Below, piece by piece: positions 9,676 through 19,647 of a stretch of 64,000 nucleotides of DNA. Source of the stretch: Candidatus Micrarchaeota archaeon (GTDB taxonomy: Archaea > Micrarchaeota > Micrarchaeia > Anstonellales > Bilamarchaeaceae). The translations under genes and the position numbers were made by a program. The stretch covers positions 87,905 through 151,904 of the forward strand of contig JBFMEZ010000025.1 of NCBI GenBank assembly GCA_040753215.1. Direction: 5' to 3'. Every line of letters begins with the position of its first letter. Position 1 is the stretch's first letter. The notes beneath the pieces are model-generated. The model was given only the letters and a program-made list of their open reading frames with translations. It had not been told where the DNA came from and did no database searches.

Positions 9676-9746
9676 TGCGGCCGCCGGGATTCGAACCCGG
9701 GTCGTTGGCTTGGAAGGCCAAAATCCTACCGCTAGACTACGGCCGC
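9676..9746 (-). tRNA. tRNA-Gly(TCC)
   Basis: GCGGCCG acceptor stem, TTGGC-CT-TCC-AA-GCCAA anticodon arm, GGTTCGAATCC. Confidence 0.97.
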
Positions 9747-9983
9747 TCTCCTTTTTACATCGTGAAGCTCGCCATAGCTCGCTTCACTCTGCCTTTGGGT
9801 TGCCTCGCTCATGCTGCAGCATTCTGCATCGCTGCGGCGATGTCTGGCGAAGTTCTGCGGAACTTCACCATCGCTCGGCGCAAAAAGGAGCCCAAAAACC
9901 TCAAGCTCCTTTACCTCATTTCTCTCTACGTTTCTGACCCCCTCCCACTTCACTTTGCAACTCTTTGAACGTACTCCTTACGC
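9747..9983 (-). mobile_element. Composite element (type A left part, type B and part of the hairpin module) abutting tRNA-Gly +1
   Basis: gtactccttacgc and ctgaccccctcccacttcac motifs, type B ends, and tggcgaagttctgcggaacttcacca. Confidence 0.7.
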
Positions 9984-10035
9984 GTGGGGTTCAGTATTTA
10001 TATTATGGCAAGAGAAGAAAATTAAAAGACCGCGC

Positions 10036-11352
10036 TCAGAGCACGGGCAGATACTCCTTAACTTCCCACGGCGTGACCTGCGTCCTGTACGCGTCCCAGT
10101 GCATCCTCTGGGCATCCAGCAGATTGGAATAGATATGCTCCCCCAGCGTCTCCCTGATTAAGGAATCCTTCTCCATCTCCTCCATCGCCTCCCCCAGGGA
10201 CCCCGGCAGCGTCTTCAGCCCTTTCGAATGCTCCTCTTCGTACACATCCTCCTCAACCGGCTCCGGCGGCTCCATCTTCTTCTCTATTCCATCCAGCCCC
10301 GCAGCAAGCATCACCGCAAAAGCCAGATAAGGATTGCAGGAGGGGTCCGGGCACCGAAGCTCGCACCTCGCAGCCCCGCCCCTCCCCTTCTGGTGCCTAG
10401 GAACCCTTATGAGCGCAGAGCGGTTCACCTGCCCCCAGCATATGTACACCGGCGCCTCATACCCCGGAACAAGCCTCTTATACGAATTCACCGTTGGCGC
10501 AACCACCCCTGCGAATCCCCTCGCATGCGCCAGCTGCCCTGCAATGAAATTCCTCGCAGCATCCGAAATCCCGAACCTCCCTCCCCCATCCGCAAACGCA
10601 TTCCCCCCGTCCTTCCACAGGCTCTGGTGTACATGCATCCCGCTCCCGTTAATCCCAAACACAGGCTTAGGCATGAAGGACGCAAAAAGCCCGTATTTCT
10701 TGGCTATGATTTTCACCGCATCCTTGTAGGCCATAACAGAATCCGCAACCCCCAGCGCATCCCCATACCTGAAATCTATCTCGTGCTGCCCGGGCGCGAC
10801 CTCATGGTGCGACATCTCTATGGAGAGCCCCATCGCCTCAAGCGCAGGCACAAGCTCCCTCCTCATGCCCGCCGCAAGGTCCATCGGGCTCAGGTCGAAA
10901 TACGCACCGCTGTCATGCGGCTCCGGGGAAGTGCTAAGCCCATCCTTCCCCTGGAAGAGGAAGAACTCCAGCTCAGGCCCGGTCTTATAAGAATACCCCA
11001 TCCCCTCCGCCTTCTTCAGCACCCTTTTCAGAACCCCCCTCGGGTCCCCCTCAAACGGCTTCTCCTCCGTAGTATACACATCGCACATCACCCTCGCCAC
11101 GCTCGGCTCCCACGGGAGCACCGCAAAGGTCCCGGGCTCCGGCTTAAGGAGCATGTCGCTCTCGCAGATCCTCGCAAACCCCTCTATGGAGCTCCCGTCA
11201 AACCACATCCCGCTCTCCAGTGCATCCTCCAGCCGCCCCACGGGAATCTCGCAGTTCTTCGCAGTCCCAAGCACATCCACGAACCTGAGCTGCACGAACC
11301 TCACTCCCTTCTCTTCCGCCTCGGATAGAACTTTTTTTGCCTCCTCTTCCAT
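10036..11352 (-). CDS. glnA: Glutamine synthetase type I
   Basis: FDGSSIEGF, GPELEFF, HHEVAPGQHE, FMPKPVFGINGSGMH, NRSALIRVP; likely start MEEEAKK. Confidence 0.96.
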   Translation of the reverse strand: MEEEAKKVLSEAEEKGVRFVQLRFVDVLGTAKNCEIPVGRLEDALESGMWFDGSSIEGFARICESDMLLKPEPGTFAVLPWEPSVARVMCDVYTTEEKPFEGDPRGVLKRVLKKAEGMGYSYKTGPELEFFLFQGKDGLSTSPEPHDSGAYFDLSPMDLAAGMRRELVPALEAMGLSIEMSHHEVAPGQHEIDFRYGDALGVADSVMAYKDAVKIIAKKYGLFASFMPKPVFGINGSGMHVHQSLWKDGGNAFADGGGRFGISDAARNFIAGQLAHARGFAGVVAPTVNSYKRLVPGYEAPVYICWGQVNRSALIRVPRHQKGRGGAARCELRCPDPSCNPYLAFAVMLAAGLDGIEKKMEPPEPVEEDVYEEEHSKGLKTLPGSLGEAMEEMEKDSLIRETLGEHIYSNLLDAQRMHWDAYRTQVTPWEVKEYLPVL

Positions 11353-11530
11353 AAACTCAACCCCCTTCAGTTTCCGGTTCCCTGTTCTCAGTTCCCCGAA
11401 TTTGGTTCCAACCTTTGTTTCCGCCCATTTATTACCCTTTCCCGCATTCCGCGATACAAATGCCTTAAATATATTCCTATTCCAATACAAATGCATGAAA
11501 AAATTCTCAAAATTGATTAAAAATGAACAA

Positions 11531-11974
11531 ATGATGCTCGACCATCTGGACGAGGAGCTCCTGGATGCGCTCTGCCAAAACCCCCGCCGCTCCTCCCGCG
11601 AGCTCGCGAGGGAGCTCAACTCCTCCCCCTCCACAATCCTCAAGCGCCTCTCCTCCCTGGAGAAATCAGGAATAATCCGCGGCTATTCAATAGAGCGCAA
11701 CTGGGAATCCCTCGGCTACGATTTCATGGCCCTCATCGAAGTTACCATCCGCAAGGGCGCGCTGCTCGAAGTGCAGAAGAAAATCTCACAGCTCCCCGGA
11801 GTGGTTTCAGTGTACGATGTGACTGGCCAGGCCGATTCCATGGTGCTCGCCCGCTGCAGGAACCGCAGGGAATTCAGCGGGCTCGTGAAGAAGATACTCG
11901 CCATGGAGCAGGTTGAGCGCACCAACACCCACGTGATTCTCAATACAATAAAAGAGAACTACCGCATGCTCTAG
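11531..11974 (+). CDS. Lrp/AsnC family regulator, divergent from glnA
   Basis: LDHLDEELL...RELARELN.S.ST...RL..LE.SGII HTH; YDVTGQAD. Confidence 0.9.
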   Translation: MMLDHLDEELLDALCQNPRRSSRELARELNSSPSTILKRLSSLEKSGIIRGYSIERNWESLGYDFMALIEVTIRKGALLEVQKKISQLPGVVSVYDVTGQADSMVLARCRNRREFSGLVKKILAMEQVERTNTHVILNTIKENYRML

Positions 11975-12008
11975 ATTTCTTTTTATTTCTAACCTCCCAA
12001 ATCCCCGC

Positions 12009-12389
12009 ATGGAATCCTTTACAATCCGCACTTCCAGGAAGGTGGAGGTCCTGGACATCACTTCCGAAGTCTCCAAAAGAATGAAGGGCGGTTCCCTCTG
12101 CGTGCTCTTTACCCCGCACACCACCGCCGCGCTGACCGTAAACGAGTTCGAGCCCCTCCTCAAATCCGATTTGGAGAGATTCTACTCCTCCACGATACCG
12201 GAGAAAAACTGGAAGCACAACTCCATAGACAACAACGCTGAGGCGCACCTCCTCTCATCCATTATTAAGCCTTCCGTCGCAATCCCAGTAAAAGGCGGTT
12301 CCCTTTCCCTGGGAACATGGCAGAAAATCCTTTTCATAGAGCTGGACGGCCCGCGTACCCGCACCGTCCACATGCAGGTGTTGGAATGA
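12009..12389 (+). CDS. yjbQ: YjbQ/UPF0047 family protein
   Basis: PHTTAALTVNE, NAEAHL, LGTWQ.I.FIELDGPR. Confidence 0.9.
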   Translation: MESFTIRTSRKVEVLDITSEVSKRMKGGSLCVLFTPHTTAALTVNEFEPLLKSDLERFYSSTIPEKNWKHNSIDNNAEAHLLSSIIKPSVAIPVKGGSLSLGTWQKILFIELDGPRTRTVHMQVLE

Positions 12390-13084
12390 GGGCAAAAGTC
12401 CTGTACAACAAAACGAAGGATTGGGCGGTGAAAACCGCGAAGGAGGTTTCGGAATTCCTGAAATCCGCAAAGGTCCAGCAGGTGGAAAAGGGCGCGGACT
12501 TCACCATAGTAATCGGGGGGGACGGCACCATCCTCTATCACAAGAATGAGCTGGAGGGCGCAATCTTCGGGGTTGGGAGCGAGCGCAGCTACGTATGCCA
12601 GTCAAGGCAGGAGAACTGGAGGGAAAAGCTCCGGTCCTTCCTCAAAAACCCCCGCGCAGAGGAGCGCATCCTCCTCTCTGTTTCCATGGAGGGAAAGGAA
12701 ATCGGCTTCGCGATAAACGATGCCGCCTTCCTCTCAAGGGACCACAACATGCTGCACATTTCCATCTCCGTGGATGGGGGTTCCTGCACCTTCCCAGCGG
12801 ACGGCCTCATAATCTCAACCCCCACCGGCTCCACCGCCTACTGCTATTCCGCTGGCGGGGTGAAGCTGGATGCGCCCCTTGATGCGGTCGAGCTCGTCCC
12901 CATCGCCCCCTTCAAGCACTGCTTCGACCCGATGGTCGTCTCGGCCCAGCGGGAAATAAGGGTGAGCACCGAAGAGCCCTGCCACCTCCTTATAGATGGC
13001 CAGCAGCTCATCCAGCTCAAGGAGAAAACCCCGGCCGCTATCCGGAAGCACAAAAGGAAAATCGCATTCGCGGAGGTCCCCTGA
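12386..13084 (+). CDS. nadK: NAD kinase
   Basis: GGDGT, ND, DGLIISTPTGSTAY.YSAGG. Confidence 0.92.
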   Translation: MRAKVLYNKTKDWAVKTAKEVSEFLKSAKVQQVEKGADFTIVIGGDGTILYHKNELEGAIFGVGSERSYVCQSRQENWREKLRSFLKNPRAEERILLSVSMEGKEIGFAINDAAFLSRDHNMLHISISVDGGSCTFPADGLIISTPTGSTAYCYSAGGVKLDAPLDAVELVPIAPFKHCFDPMVVSAQREIRVSTEEPCHLLIDGQQLIQLKEKTPAAIRKHKRKIAFAEVP

Positions 13085-13341
13085 TGGGCATGGAAATAGT
13101 GAAGAAGGGCTACACGGAAGCCCACATCCGCATCGCAGGAATCCTCCAGCTCCACAGGTTCATTGTAGTGAAGGAGAAAACCGCTTTCGGTGAAATCCCC
13201 GTCTTGGTCCCCGAGAGAAAAATCGCCCTTCCGCTAACCGAGGCCCTCAAGGTGGCGAACGAATCCGGCCTGCCCGCCCGCTCCTCCTCAGGCCTGGTTT
13301 TCCCGCCCGGAAAATTCGCGAAGGATTTCGCCCGGAAGTGA
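13084..13341 (+). CDS. Hypothetical protein
   Basis: Translationally coupled ORF within the operon. Confidence 0.65.
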   Translation: MGMEIVKKGYTEAHIRIAGILQLHRFIVVKEKTAFGEIPVLVPERKIALPLTEALKVANESGLPARSSSGLVFPPGKFAKDFARK

Positions 13342-13345
13342 TCCC

Positions 13346-14710
13346 ATGCCGGAGATGCGCATCTACCCCCTGAAGAACGTCCCCGAAGAAATAATCGCAG
13401 CCGCCTTCGCAAAAACCAGCCGCTCCCCCGAGCCCTTCGACAAGATAGCGGCAGAGCTGAGCGCCGAATCATCTTCAAAATTCCACGAGAAATGGGTAGT
13501 GGGCTACGGCCACTCCAGCGTAGCCGAGCATTCTGTCGCCCATCTCGCAGCCGAAAACATCTCCCGCCTCGCGATAGAAACGATAGAATCCAACCGCCTC
13601 GGCTCCTACACCGAGAAATCCACCCGCTACCAGCAATTAGATGAGGAGCATACCCATCTTCCTGAAGAAATCAAGGGAACCTCCCTCGAGCGCAATTACA
13701 AGGATGCCCTGGACATTCTCTTCTCCACCTATGAAAAGTCCCTCTCAGCCCTTGTGGATTACTACTCCTCCCAATCAAAGCCCGAACCAGGAAAGGAGAA
13801 GGCCCACGAAATCAAGCTCAAAACCATGGCAATGGATTCTGCCCGCTTCCTCCTCCCCAACTCCACCCTCGCAAACGTTGGAATAACGATGAACGCCCGC
13901 TCCCTCGAGCACGCGCTCGTAAAGATGCTTTCCCATCCCCTTGCAGAAGTAAGAAGGGCAGGCCTTCTCCTGAGGGATGCAGGGATGCAGGCATTCCCGA
14001 CTCTTCTCAGGAAGGCGGAGGAAAACACAGCGCTTGCCGGGTTCCAGGAAGAATCCAGAAAACAATTCAGCCCGTTCTCCTCCCCCGCAGGAAGCAAGCA
14101 CGCCTCCCTCATCCACTACGATAAAAATGCCCTCGAAAACCTCTCCGCCTCCATCCTATACCGCTGGAGCGGCCTCTCCTATGAAGATGCACTGGAGCAT
14201 GTGCGCTCCTCCAGGCCTTCCAGTCCGATGGAAATATTCAGGTCCGTAACCGCCCGCTTCCCCGAAGGCCTCAAGCCAATCCGCGAGTTCGAGCACATCA
14301 CCTACACCTTCGATTTGCTGATGGACCAGGGCGCCTACTACGAATTCAAGCGCCACCGCATGCTCACCATAAGCGCCCAGGAGCCCACAATCTCCCTCGG
14401 CTACAGAATCCCCCAGGATATAGAAAAATGCGGAATGAAAAAAGAATTCGCAGAAGCGATGAAGGAGAGCGAGGGATGCTTCCGGGAAATAGAAGAAACC
14501 CATCCCTTTGCAGCCGGCTACATCGCCACGAATGCCCACCACCGCCGCGTCCTCGCAACCATGAACCTCCGCGAGCTCGCAACCTTCATAAAGCTCAGGA
14601 GCGCCCCATTCGCCCACTTCACCATCCGCGAGCTTGCCCTTGAGATGCTGGAGGAATTGAGGAAAGTCCACCCGGAATTCGCGGAATCCATAGGGCCCGG
14701 AGTGGTTTAA
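13346..14710 (+). CDS. thyX: FAD-dependent thymidylate synthase, two-domain form
   Basis: YGHSSVAEH, SYTEKSTRYQ, ARFLLP; second domain REFEH, EFKRHR. Confidence 0.88.
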   Translation: MPEMRIYPLKNVPEEIIAAAFAKTSRSPEPFDKIAAELSAESSSKFHEKWVVGYGHSSVAEHSVAHLAAENISRLAIETIESNRLGSYTEKSTRYQQLDEEHTHLPEEIKGTSLERNYKDALDILFSTYEKSLSALVDYYSSQSKPEPGKEKAHEIKLKTMAMDSARFLLPNSTLANVGITMNARSLEHALVKMLSHPLAEVRRAGLLLRDAGMQAFPTLLRKAEENTALAGFQEESRKQFSPFSSPAGSKHASLIHYDKNALENLSASILYRWSGLSYEDALEHVRSSRPSSPMEIFRSVTARFPEGLKPIREFEHITYTFDLLMDQGAYYEFKRHRMLTISAQEPTISLGYRIPQDIEKCGMKKEFAEAMKESEGCFREIEETHPFAAGYIATNAHHRRVLATMNLRELATFIKLRSAPFAHFTIRELALEMLEELRKVHPEFAESIGPGVV

Positions 14711-15588
14711 TGGTCTCAGGAAAGCACCTGCAAAGGGAGTTCATGCTCTTTATACTCCTCTCCGCCTTCATATTATTGCTTGAGCTTGCAGGCGGCCTTT
14801 TCACCAACAGCCTCTCGCTTTTGGGAGATGCGGGCCATGTTTTCGTGGACTTGCTCGCACTCCTGCTCGCATATTTTTCAATGTGGCTTTCTCAGAAGAA
14901 GGCCGGCAGGGAATTCACATTCGGCTACCACCGCGCAGAAATAGTAGCCACCATCGCAAACGGCCTAATCCTCTTACTCATAACAGCATACATCTTCTAC
15001 GAATCATACATTCGCCTCATTTCTCCCCCACCGGTTAAAGGGCCCGAGATGCTTGCAATCGCGCTTATCGGTCTTTTCGCGAATGCCTACGTGCTGTTCA
15101 GAATGAGGCATTTTGCAGAAAAAAGCATCACAGTCAAAGGTGCATACCTCCATGTACTGAGCGATGCGCTCACCTCTGTTGCGGTAGTGCTCTCTGGCCT
15201 CCTCATCATATACACGGGCAATTATGTATTCGACCCAGTTGCAGGCGCATTAATCGGCCTTTTTATACTTGGCGGCTCCCTGCGCCTTCTTCGGGATTCG
15301 TTGCGGATAATAATGGAGGCGTCGCCCCGGGGCATAGATTTGGAGGCGGTTTCAGCAGACATATCCGGGATAAGCGGCGTAAAGGATGTCCACGACCTCC
15401 ATGTATGGACAATAACCTCTGGCTTCTTTGCCCTGACCGCGCACGTGCTCGTGGATGCAGAAAGCACGAGAGACATGAACAGGATAGTTGCGGAAATAAA
15501 AAAGATGCTCAGGAAAAAGTACTCAATAACCCACGCGGTGATACAGGCGGAGTGCCCAACCTGCATAGATACCGAGCACCCGCATTAG
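14710..15588 (+). CDS. Cation diffusion facilitator (CzcD/ZitB-like)
   Basis: SLLGDAGH, FTFGYHRAE, AYLHVLSD, VHDLHVW. Confidence 0.93.
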   Translation: MVSGKHLQREFMLFILLSAFILLLELAGGLFTNSLSLLGDAGHVFVDLLALLLAYFSMWLSQKKAGREFTFGYHRAEIVATIANGLILLLITAYIFYESYIRLISPPPVKGPEMLAIALIGLFANAYVLFRMRHFAEKSITVKGAYLHVLSDALTSVAVVLSGLLIIYTGNYVFDPVAGALIGLFILGGSLRLLRDSLRIIMEASPRGIDLEAVSADISGISGVKDVHDLHVWTITSGFFALTAHVLVDAESTRDMNRIVAEIKKMLRKKYSITHAVIQAECPTCIDTEHPH

Positions 15589-15615
15589 AGCTGCTTCATA
15601 AACAAGGGAAAACCC

Positions 15616-16590
15616 ATGAAAATAATTTCCTTCTCCAACGGAACGCTCACCATTCTCGACCAGAGGAAGCTCCCGCGCAAAATCCAATATGCAAAATGCC
15701 GCAATTACTCAGAAATCTCATCCGCCATAAAAAACATGGCAGTCCGCGGTGCCCCTGCAATCTCAATAGCCGCAGCCTACGGATACGCGCTCGGCGCCCT
15801 CTCCGGAAAAGAAAAGGAGGCATGCTCCGCTCTCCTCTCCTCCCGCCCAACCGCGATAGACCTGAAAAATGCCCTAGATTTCATGAAGAAAGGCAAAGGC
15901 AATCCTATTTCACTCGCAAGGAAGTGGGAACAATCCGTATATGAAAACTGCCGCCTCCTCGGAATCCATGGCCAGAAACTAATCCCAAGAAATGCGAAAA
16001 TAATGACACACTGCAACACAGGCCCGCTTGCAGTTGGAAAATACGGCACCGCCCTCTCCGCAATATTCTTCGCCCACAAAAGCAAAAAGCGCCCGTTTGC
16101 ATGGGTGAAGGAAACCCGCCCCCGCTTCCAGGGCGCCCTCACTTCCTGGGAGCTTAAGCGCTGGGGCATCCCGCACAGGGTGATAGTCGATTCTGCCGCC
16201 GCCTTCCTGATGCAAAAGGGCGAGGTGGGCCTCATAATTCTCGGCGCAGACAGGATTTGCAGGAACGGCGATTTCGCAAACAAGATAGGCACCTATTCCC
16301 TCGCAGTCCTTGCAAAGGCCCACAATATACCCTTCTACGTATCCGCCCCCAGCTCAACCCTCGACCATTCCTCCAGCTCAGGCAAAGACATCCCAATAGA
16401 ATACAGGGATGAAAATGAAATACTGAAAACAAATGGAAAGCCTGCCTATGCAAAAGGCACAAAAGCCCTCAACCCCGCATTCGACATAACCCCCGCCTCC
16501 CTCGTAACCGCCTACATAACCGAAAAAGGGGTATTCCGGAGCTTGGATGCGCTATGGAAGAGTATGAAGGCCCGAAGTTCAGGGCAATAA
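15616..16590 (+). CDS. mtnA: Methylthioribose-1-phosphate isomerase
   Basis: LDQRKLP, VRGAPAI, RPTA, THCNTG, ETRP, ANKIGTY. Confidence 0.9.
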   Translation: MKIISFSNGTLTILDQRKLPRKIQYAKCRNYSEISSAIKNMAVRGAPAISIAAAYGYALGALSGKEKEACSALLSSRPTAIDLKNALDFMKKGKGNPISLARKWEQSVYENCRLLGIHGQKLIPRNAKIMTHCNTGPLAVGKYGTALSAIFFAHKSKKRPFAWVKETRPRFQGALTSWELKRWGIPHRVIVDSAAAFLMQKGEVGLIILGADRICRNGDFANKIGTYSLAVLAKAHNIPFYVSAPSSTLDHSSSSGKDIPIEYRDENEILKTNGKPAYAKGTKALNPAFDITPASLVTAYITEKGVFRSLDALWKSMKARSSGQ

Positions 16591-17090
16591 AAGTCCCCGG
16601 GGAGGTTCCGCTCCGTTGCGCAGAGCGCCTCCTCAGCCTCGATGCCCAGCCCGGCGCATTCCTGCCGCCCTCCACAAACGGAAACCTGAGCATCCTCTGT
16701 GAAAAGGGCTTCCTGATAAAAGGTACAGGCGCCACCCTCACCCTCCTCGCAATCGAAGACCTATCCTACGTTTTCTCCCTTGATGAGCGCTCATTATCCG
16801 TAACCTTTGCGGGTGCAGCCCCATCCTCGGAGTCCTTCATGCACCATCTCATCTACCGCTCCGTCCCCGCCTCCTCCATCCTCCATTTCCATGGCGAAGA
16901 ACTGCTCTCGCGCAGCCTTCCATTTCCATCCGTTCCCCCTCTCCCATACGGCTCCCTGGAGCTCGCAAAGGCGGTTTCCCTGGAGGCGAAAAGAAGCAAA
17001 ACCATAATCCTCAGGGAGCACGGCTTCGTCATCTGGGCAGAGAGCGATGGAGAGCTCCTTTCCCTGCTCCGGAATCTTCTGCAGAAATAG
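16554..17090 (+). CDS. Class II aldolase/adducin family protein
   Basis: GNLS, PSSESFMH, ILHFH, LREHG. Confidence 0.8.
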   Translation: MEEYEGPKFRAIKVPGEVPLRCAERLLSLDAQPGAFLPPSTNGNLSILCEKGFLIKGTGATLTLLAIEDLSYVFSLDERSLSVTFAGAAPSSESFMHHLIYRSVPASSILHFHGEELLSRSLPFPSVPPLPYGSLELAKAVSLEAKRSKTIILREHGFVIWAESDGELLSLLRNLLQK

Positions 17091-17477
17091 CTACCCGATG
17101 GTTATTTTCCCGTTCGAATTCCCCACCCTTATCTCTCCCGAATACTCCCCGCCATCGCATTCCACCCCGCAGCCCGAAACGCTTGCGTTCGCCTCAGCCC
17201 CGGAAACCGAAACAAATATCGCATTCCCCCCGCACGCGATTTCCGCCCTCTCCATAGAATAAGCCCTTGAATTCCCATCCCCCAGCGCGCAAATCTCATT
17301 TCCAATCGCAGCAATATCATTTGCGACAATCCGCGCCTTCTCCCTCGCATAGACCTGCGCCTCTGCCCCTTTGATTGAAGTCAGCGCAAACAAAGAAACA
17401 GCAAGCAAAGATATCCCTACCGCAACCAAAAGCAAATATTCAGCAGTCACCTGCCCTCTCCTTTTTGCTTCCTGCAT
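17091..17477 (-). CDS. Class III signal peptide (pilin-like) protein
   Basis: RGQVTAEYLLLV prepilin motif; the start codon appears to lie inside the type B element. Confidence 0.75.
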   Translation of the reverse strand: MQEAKRRGQVTAEYLLLVAVGISLLAVSLFALTSIKGAEAQVYAREKARIVANDIAAIGNEICALGDGNSRAYSMERAEIACGGNAIFVSVSGAEANASVSGCGVECDGGEYSGEIRVGNSNGKITIG

Positions 17478-17537
17478 TTGGGTATCCTCGCTCGCTGCTG
17501 CTCGCTCGGAAGCAAAAATGAGCCCAAAAACCTCAAG
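17457..17537 (-). mobile_element. Type B structured element
   Basis: tctcctttttgcttcc ... ggaagcaaaaatgagcccaaaaacctcaag; matches 9890-9906 and 6591-6679. Confidence 0.65.
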
Positions 17538-17546
17538 CATCGATGC

Positions 17547-17789
17547 TTACCTGCAATACCCATACTGGCAAAGCCCGGAGAGGCAGTCGGAATTCACGTC
17601 GCACGGGTCCCCCGCCTGCCCGGTCCCTCCCTGCGCATCCCCGCTCTCCGCCAATACCTCCCCGACCCGGCTCTCCACCGCTTCCCCTCCCTGCCTCGCG
17701 GCGTTCATCAGGTATACAGCAGCAATAGCAACAATCGCAATCACGACCGCCAGCAGTATCAGCATCTCAGCGCTTACCTGTCCTCTCAT
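17547..17789 (-). CDS. Class III signal peptide (pilin-like) protein with Cys-rich tail
   Basis: MRGQVSAEMLILL; C..NSDC.SG.C..GYC. Confidence 0.8.
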   Translation of the reverse strand: MRGQVSAEMLILLAVVIAIVAIAAVYLMNAARQGGEAVESRVGEVLAESGDAQGGTGQAGDPCDVNSDCLSGLCQYGYCR

Positions 17790-17793
17790 AGGC

Positions 17794-18543
17794 TCACCGT
17801 ATATACGTGATCTCTTTCTTCTCCCCCACGGCCTGCCTCTCTATCTCGCTTTCAATCTTTTTAATCACTTTCTCCCTCTCCTTCGCCTCCTGCTCAAGCT
17901 GCGCAAGGTCCAGCTTGAAGCCGAAGAGCTTCTGCAGCTTCTCCAGCACCGCCGTAGCCGCAGAGGCATCCACGTAGCTCCCGTGCGTCTCGCCCATGAT
18001 GCACATCGCATCCATCCCCCTCACGCGCGCAAGCGCAGGAAGCAGCCCCGCCACCCCCACGATGGAGCCCTTCGTTTCCCCGAATATGAAATGCTCCTTG
18101 TACCGGTCCCTTACGCGCTCGCTGTTCGCGGCCGCAAAAACCTTCTTCGGCCCGCCCATCTTCCCGGAGCTGTACCCGCCGATTGTGATTATCGCCCTGA
18201 TTTTGTGCTTCTCCGCATAATCTAGGATCTTTCCCGCCACCTCGTACTGCCCCTGCCCCGTGATCGCCTGCACGTCCCCGACAACCAGCACAAGGTCCCT
18301 GTCCTTGAGCCGGATGAGGTAAAACTTGTTCTTGAGCAGCCGCATCCCGCCCTTCTTCGTCATCAGAACCTGGTGCGGGAAGTGGGGCGAGTACAAATCC
18401 GCAATCTTCTTCCCGCCCATCTTCTTTATCATGTATTTTGCAACGACCTGCCCGACCAGCCCTATCCCCGGAAGCCCTGTAATCAATACCGGGTTCCTCA
18501 GCTTCCCTGCTCCTTCCTTCTCAATTATGGTGGTTTCAATCAT
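17794..18543 (-). CDS. PAC2 family proteasome assembly chaperone
   Basis: ITGLPGIGLVG, GDVQ, TIGGY, MGET.G; conserved position after nop10. Confidence 0.9.
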   Translation of the reverse strand: MIETTIIEKEGAGKLRNPVLITGLPGIGLVGQVVAKYMIKKMGGKKIADLYSPHFPHQVLMTKKGGMRLLKNKFYLIRLKDRDLVLVVGDVQAITGQGQYEVAGKILDYAEKHKIRAIITIGGYSSGKMGGPKKVFAAANSERVRDRYKEHFIFGETKGSIVGVAGLLPALARVRGMDAMCIMGETHGSYVDASAATAVLEKLQKLFGFKLDLAQLEQEAKEREKVIKKIESEIERQAVGEKKEITYIR

Positions 18544-18689
18544 TCTAACCCCTTCTCCTTCCTCCTGTACCTAGCATAACGGTCGTTAATATTATAAGGC
18601 GGAGGGTGCACGGGCTTCGCCTTCCTGCCGCAGTGCTCCTCCAGCATCGTATAAGCGCCGCACGAAACGCACCTCCCCATCTTTTTCAT
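18540..18689 (-). CDS. nop10: Nop10
   Basis: Hand translation MKKMGRCVSCGAYTMLEEHCGRKAKPVHPPPYNINDRYARYRR; synteny with eIF2a. Confidence 0.88.
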   Translation of the reverse strand: MKKMGRCVSCGAYTMLEEHCGRKAKPVHPPPYNINDRYARYRRKEKGLE

Positions 18690-18733
18690 CAGTCTTCAGT
18701 CCCCAGCTCCCGGTTTCCAGCCGGATGCTTTCC

Positions 18734-19480
18734 CTACTTGTTTTCCTCGACAGAAAATGCGCAGTCCTTCCCCTTGAGCGCCTTCTCGACCCTCGCCGCG
18801 GTCCTGTCCATCTCCTTGTCCGCGGCCTTCGGGTCCTCGCTCTCCACCTTCATCCGGTACCTCCCGGCCCCGAGGTAATGCGCCGGAACCCCTTCCAGCG
18901 CCTTCTTTATCACTTCAATGCCGTCCGGCTCGTAGCACGTTATCTTGAATGTCCTCGAGATCTCGACCACTGGCTTCTTCACGTATTTCGCGACAAGCTC
19001 CTCTATCTCCTTCCCCAGCTCATCCGGGATGTCCAGCCCTTCAAAGGCGGAGCCCCCCTCATCCCTCACCGACTCGAAGAAGGAGAAAAGCTCCCCGTGC
19101 TTCTCCTCTATCTCGCTTCTCAGCTTCTCGAAGGGCTTCCTTGATTTCGCATTCTTAAGCGCAACCTGCAGCAGCTTGGCGGCCCGCGTCTCCCTCCTCA
19201 TCGCCTCGAGCTTGCCCACCCTCTCGCTCTCGCTCACCCTCTTGAGCGAGAGGTCCACCTGGTTCTTCTCCCTGTCCACCCTGTGCACCTTCAGGACAAG
19301 CTTCTGGTTTTCGGAAAGGAATTCGCGTATGTTCTTTATCCAGCGGGGCGCGACCTCGGAAACGTGCATGAACCCCTCAAGGTTCCCGTATTCGGTGAGG
19401 GAGCAGAACGCCCCGTATGGCATTATCTTCTTCACGACCGCAAAAACCAGTTCGTTTTCTTTTGGAAGCGCAACCATCAT
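18734..19480 (-). CDS. eif2a: Translation initiation factor 2 alpha subunit
   Basis: S1 domain YGAF..L.EY, HVSEVAPRWIKNIR, VDLSLKRV. Confidence 0.93.
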   Translation of the reverse strand: MMVALPKENELVFAVVKKIMPYGAFCSLTEYGNLEGFMHVSEVAPRWIKNIREFLSENQKLVLKVHRVDREKNQVDLSLKRVSESERVGKLEAMRRETRAAKLLQVALKNAKSRKPFEKLRSEIEEKHGELFSFFESVRDEGGSAFEGLDIPDELGKEIEELVAKYVKKPVVEISRTFKITCYEPDGIEVIKKALEGVPAHYLGAGRYRMKVESEDPKAADKEMDRTAARVEKALKGKDCAFSVEENK

Positions 19481-19641
19481 TCCATCTCGGATACAATTGT
19501 CCCTCCGACCACTATGCACTTCCCGCCCCTCGGCTCAACCAGCCTCTTGTTGCACACCCTGCAGCCCACGCGGCTTGAGGCGCTCTCGAAAATGACCTGC
19601 TCGTTCCCGCACTCACACTTAACCTTCATGTACCTGCTCAT
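19477..19641 (-). CDS. rps27e: 30S ribosomal protein S27e
   Basis: Hand translation MSRYMKVKCECGNEQVIF...CRVC...LVEPRGGK. Confidence 0.92.
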   Translation of the reverse strand: MSRYMKVKCECGNEQVIFESASSRVGCRVCNKRLVEPRGGKCIVVGGTIVSEME

Positions 19642-19647
19642 AAATCA

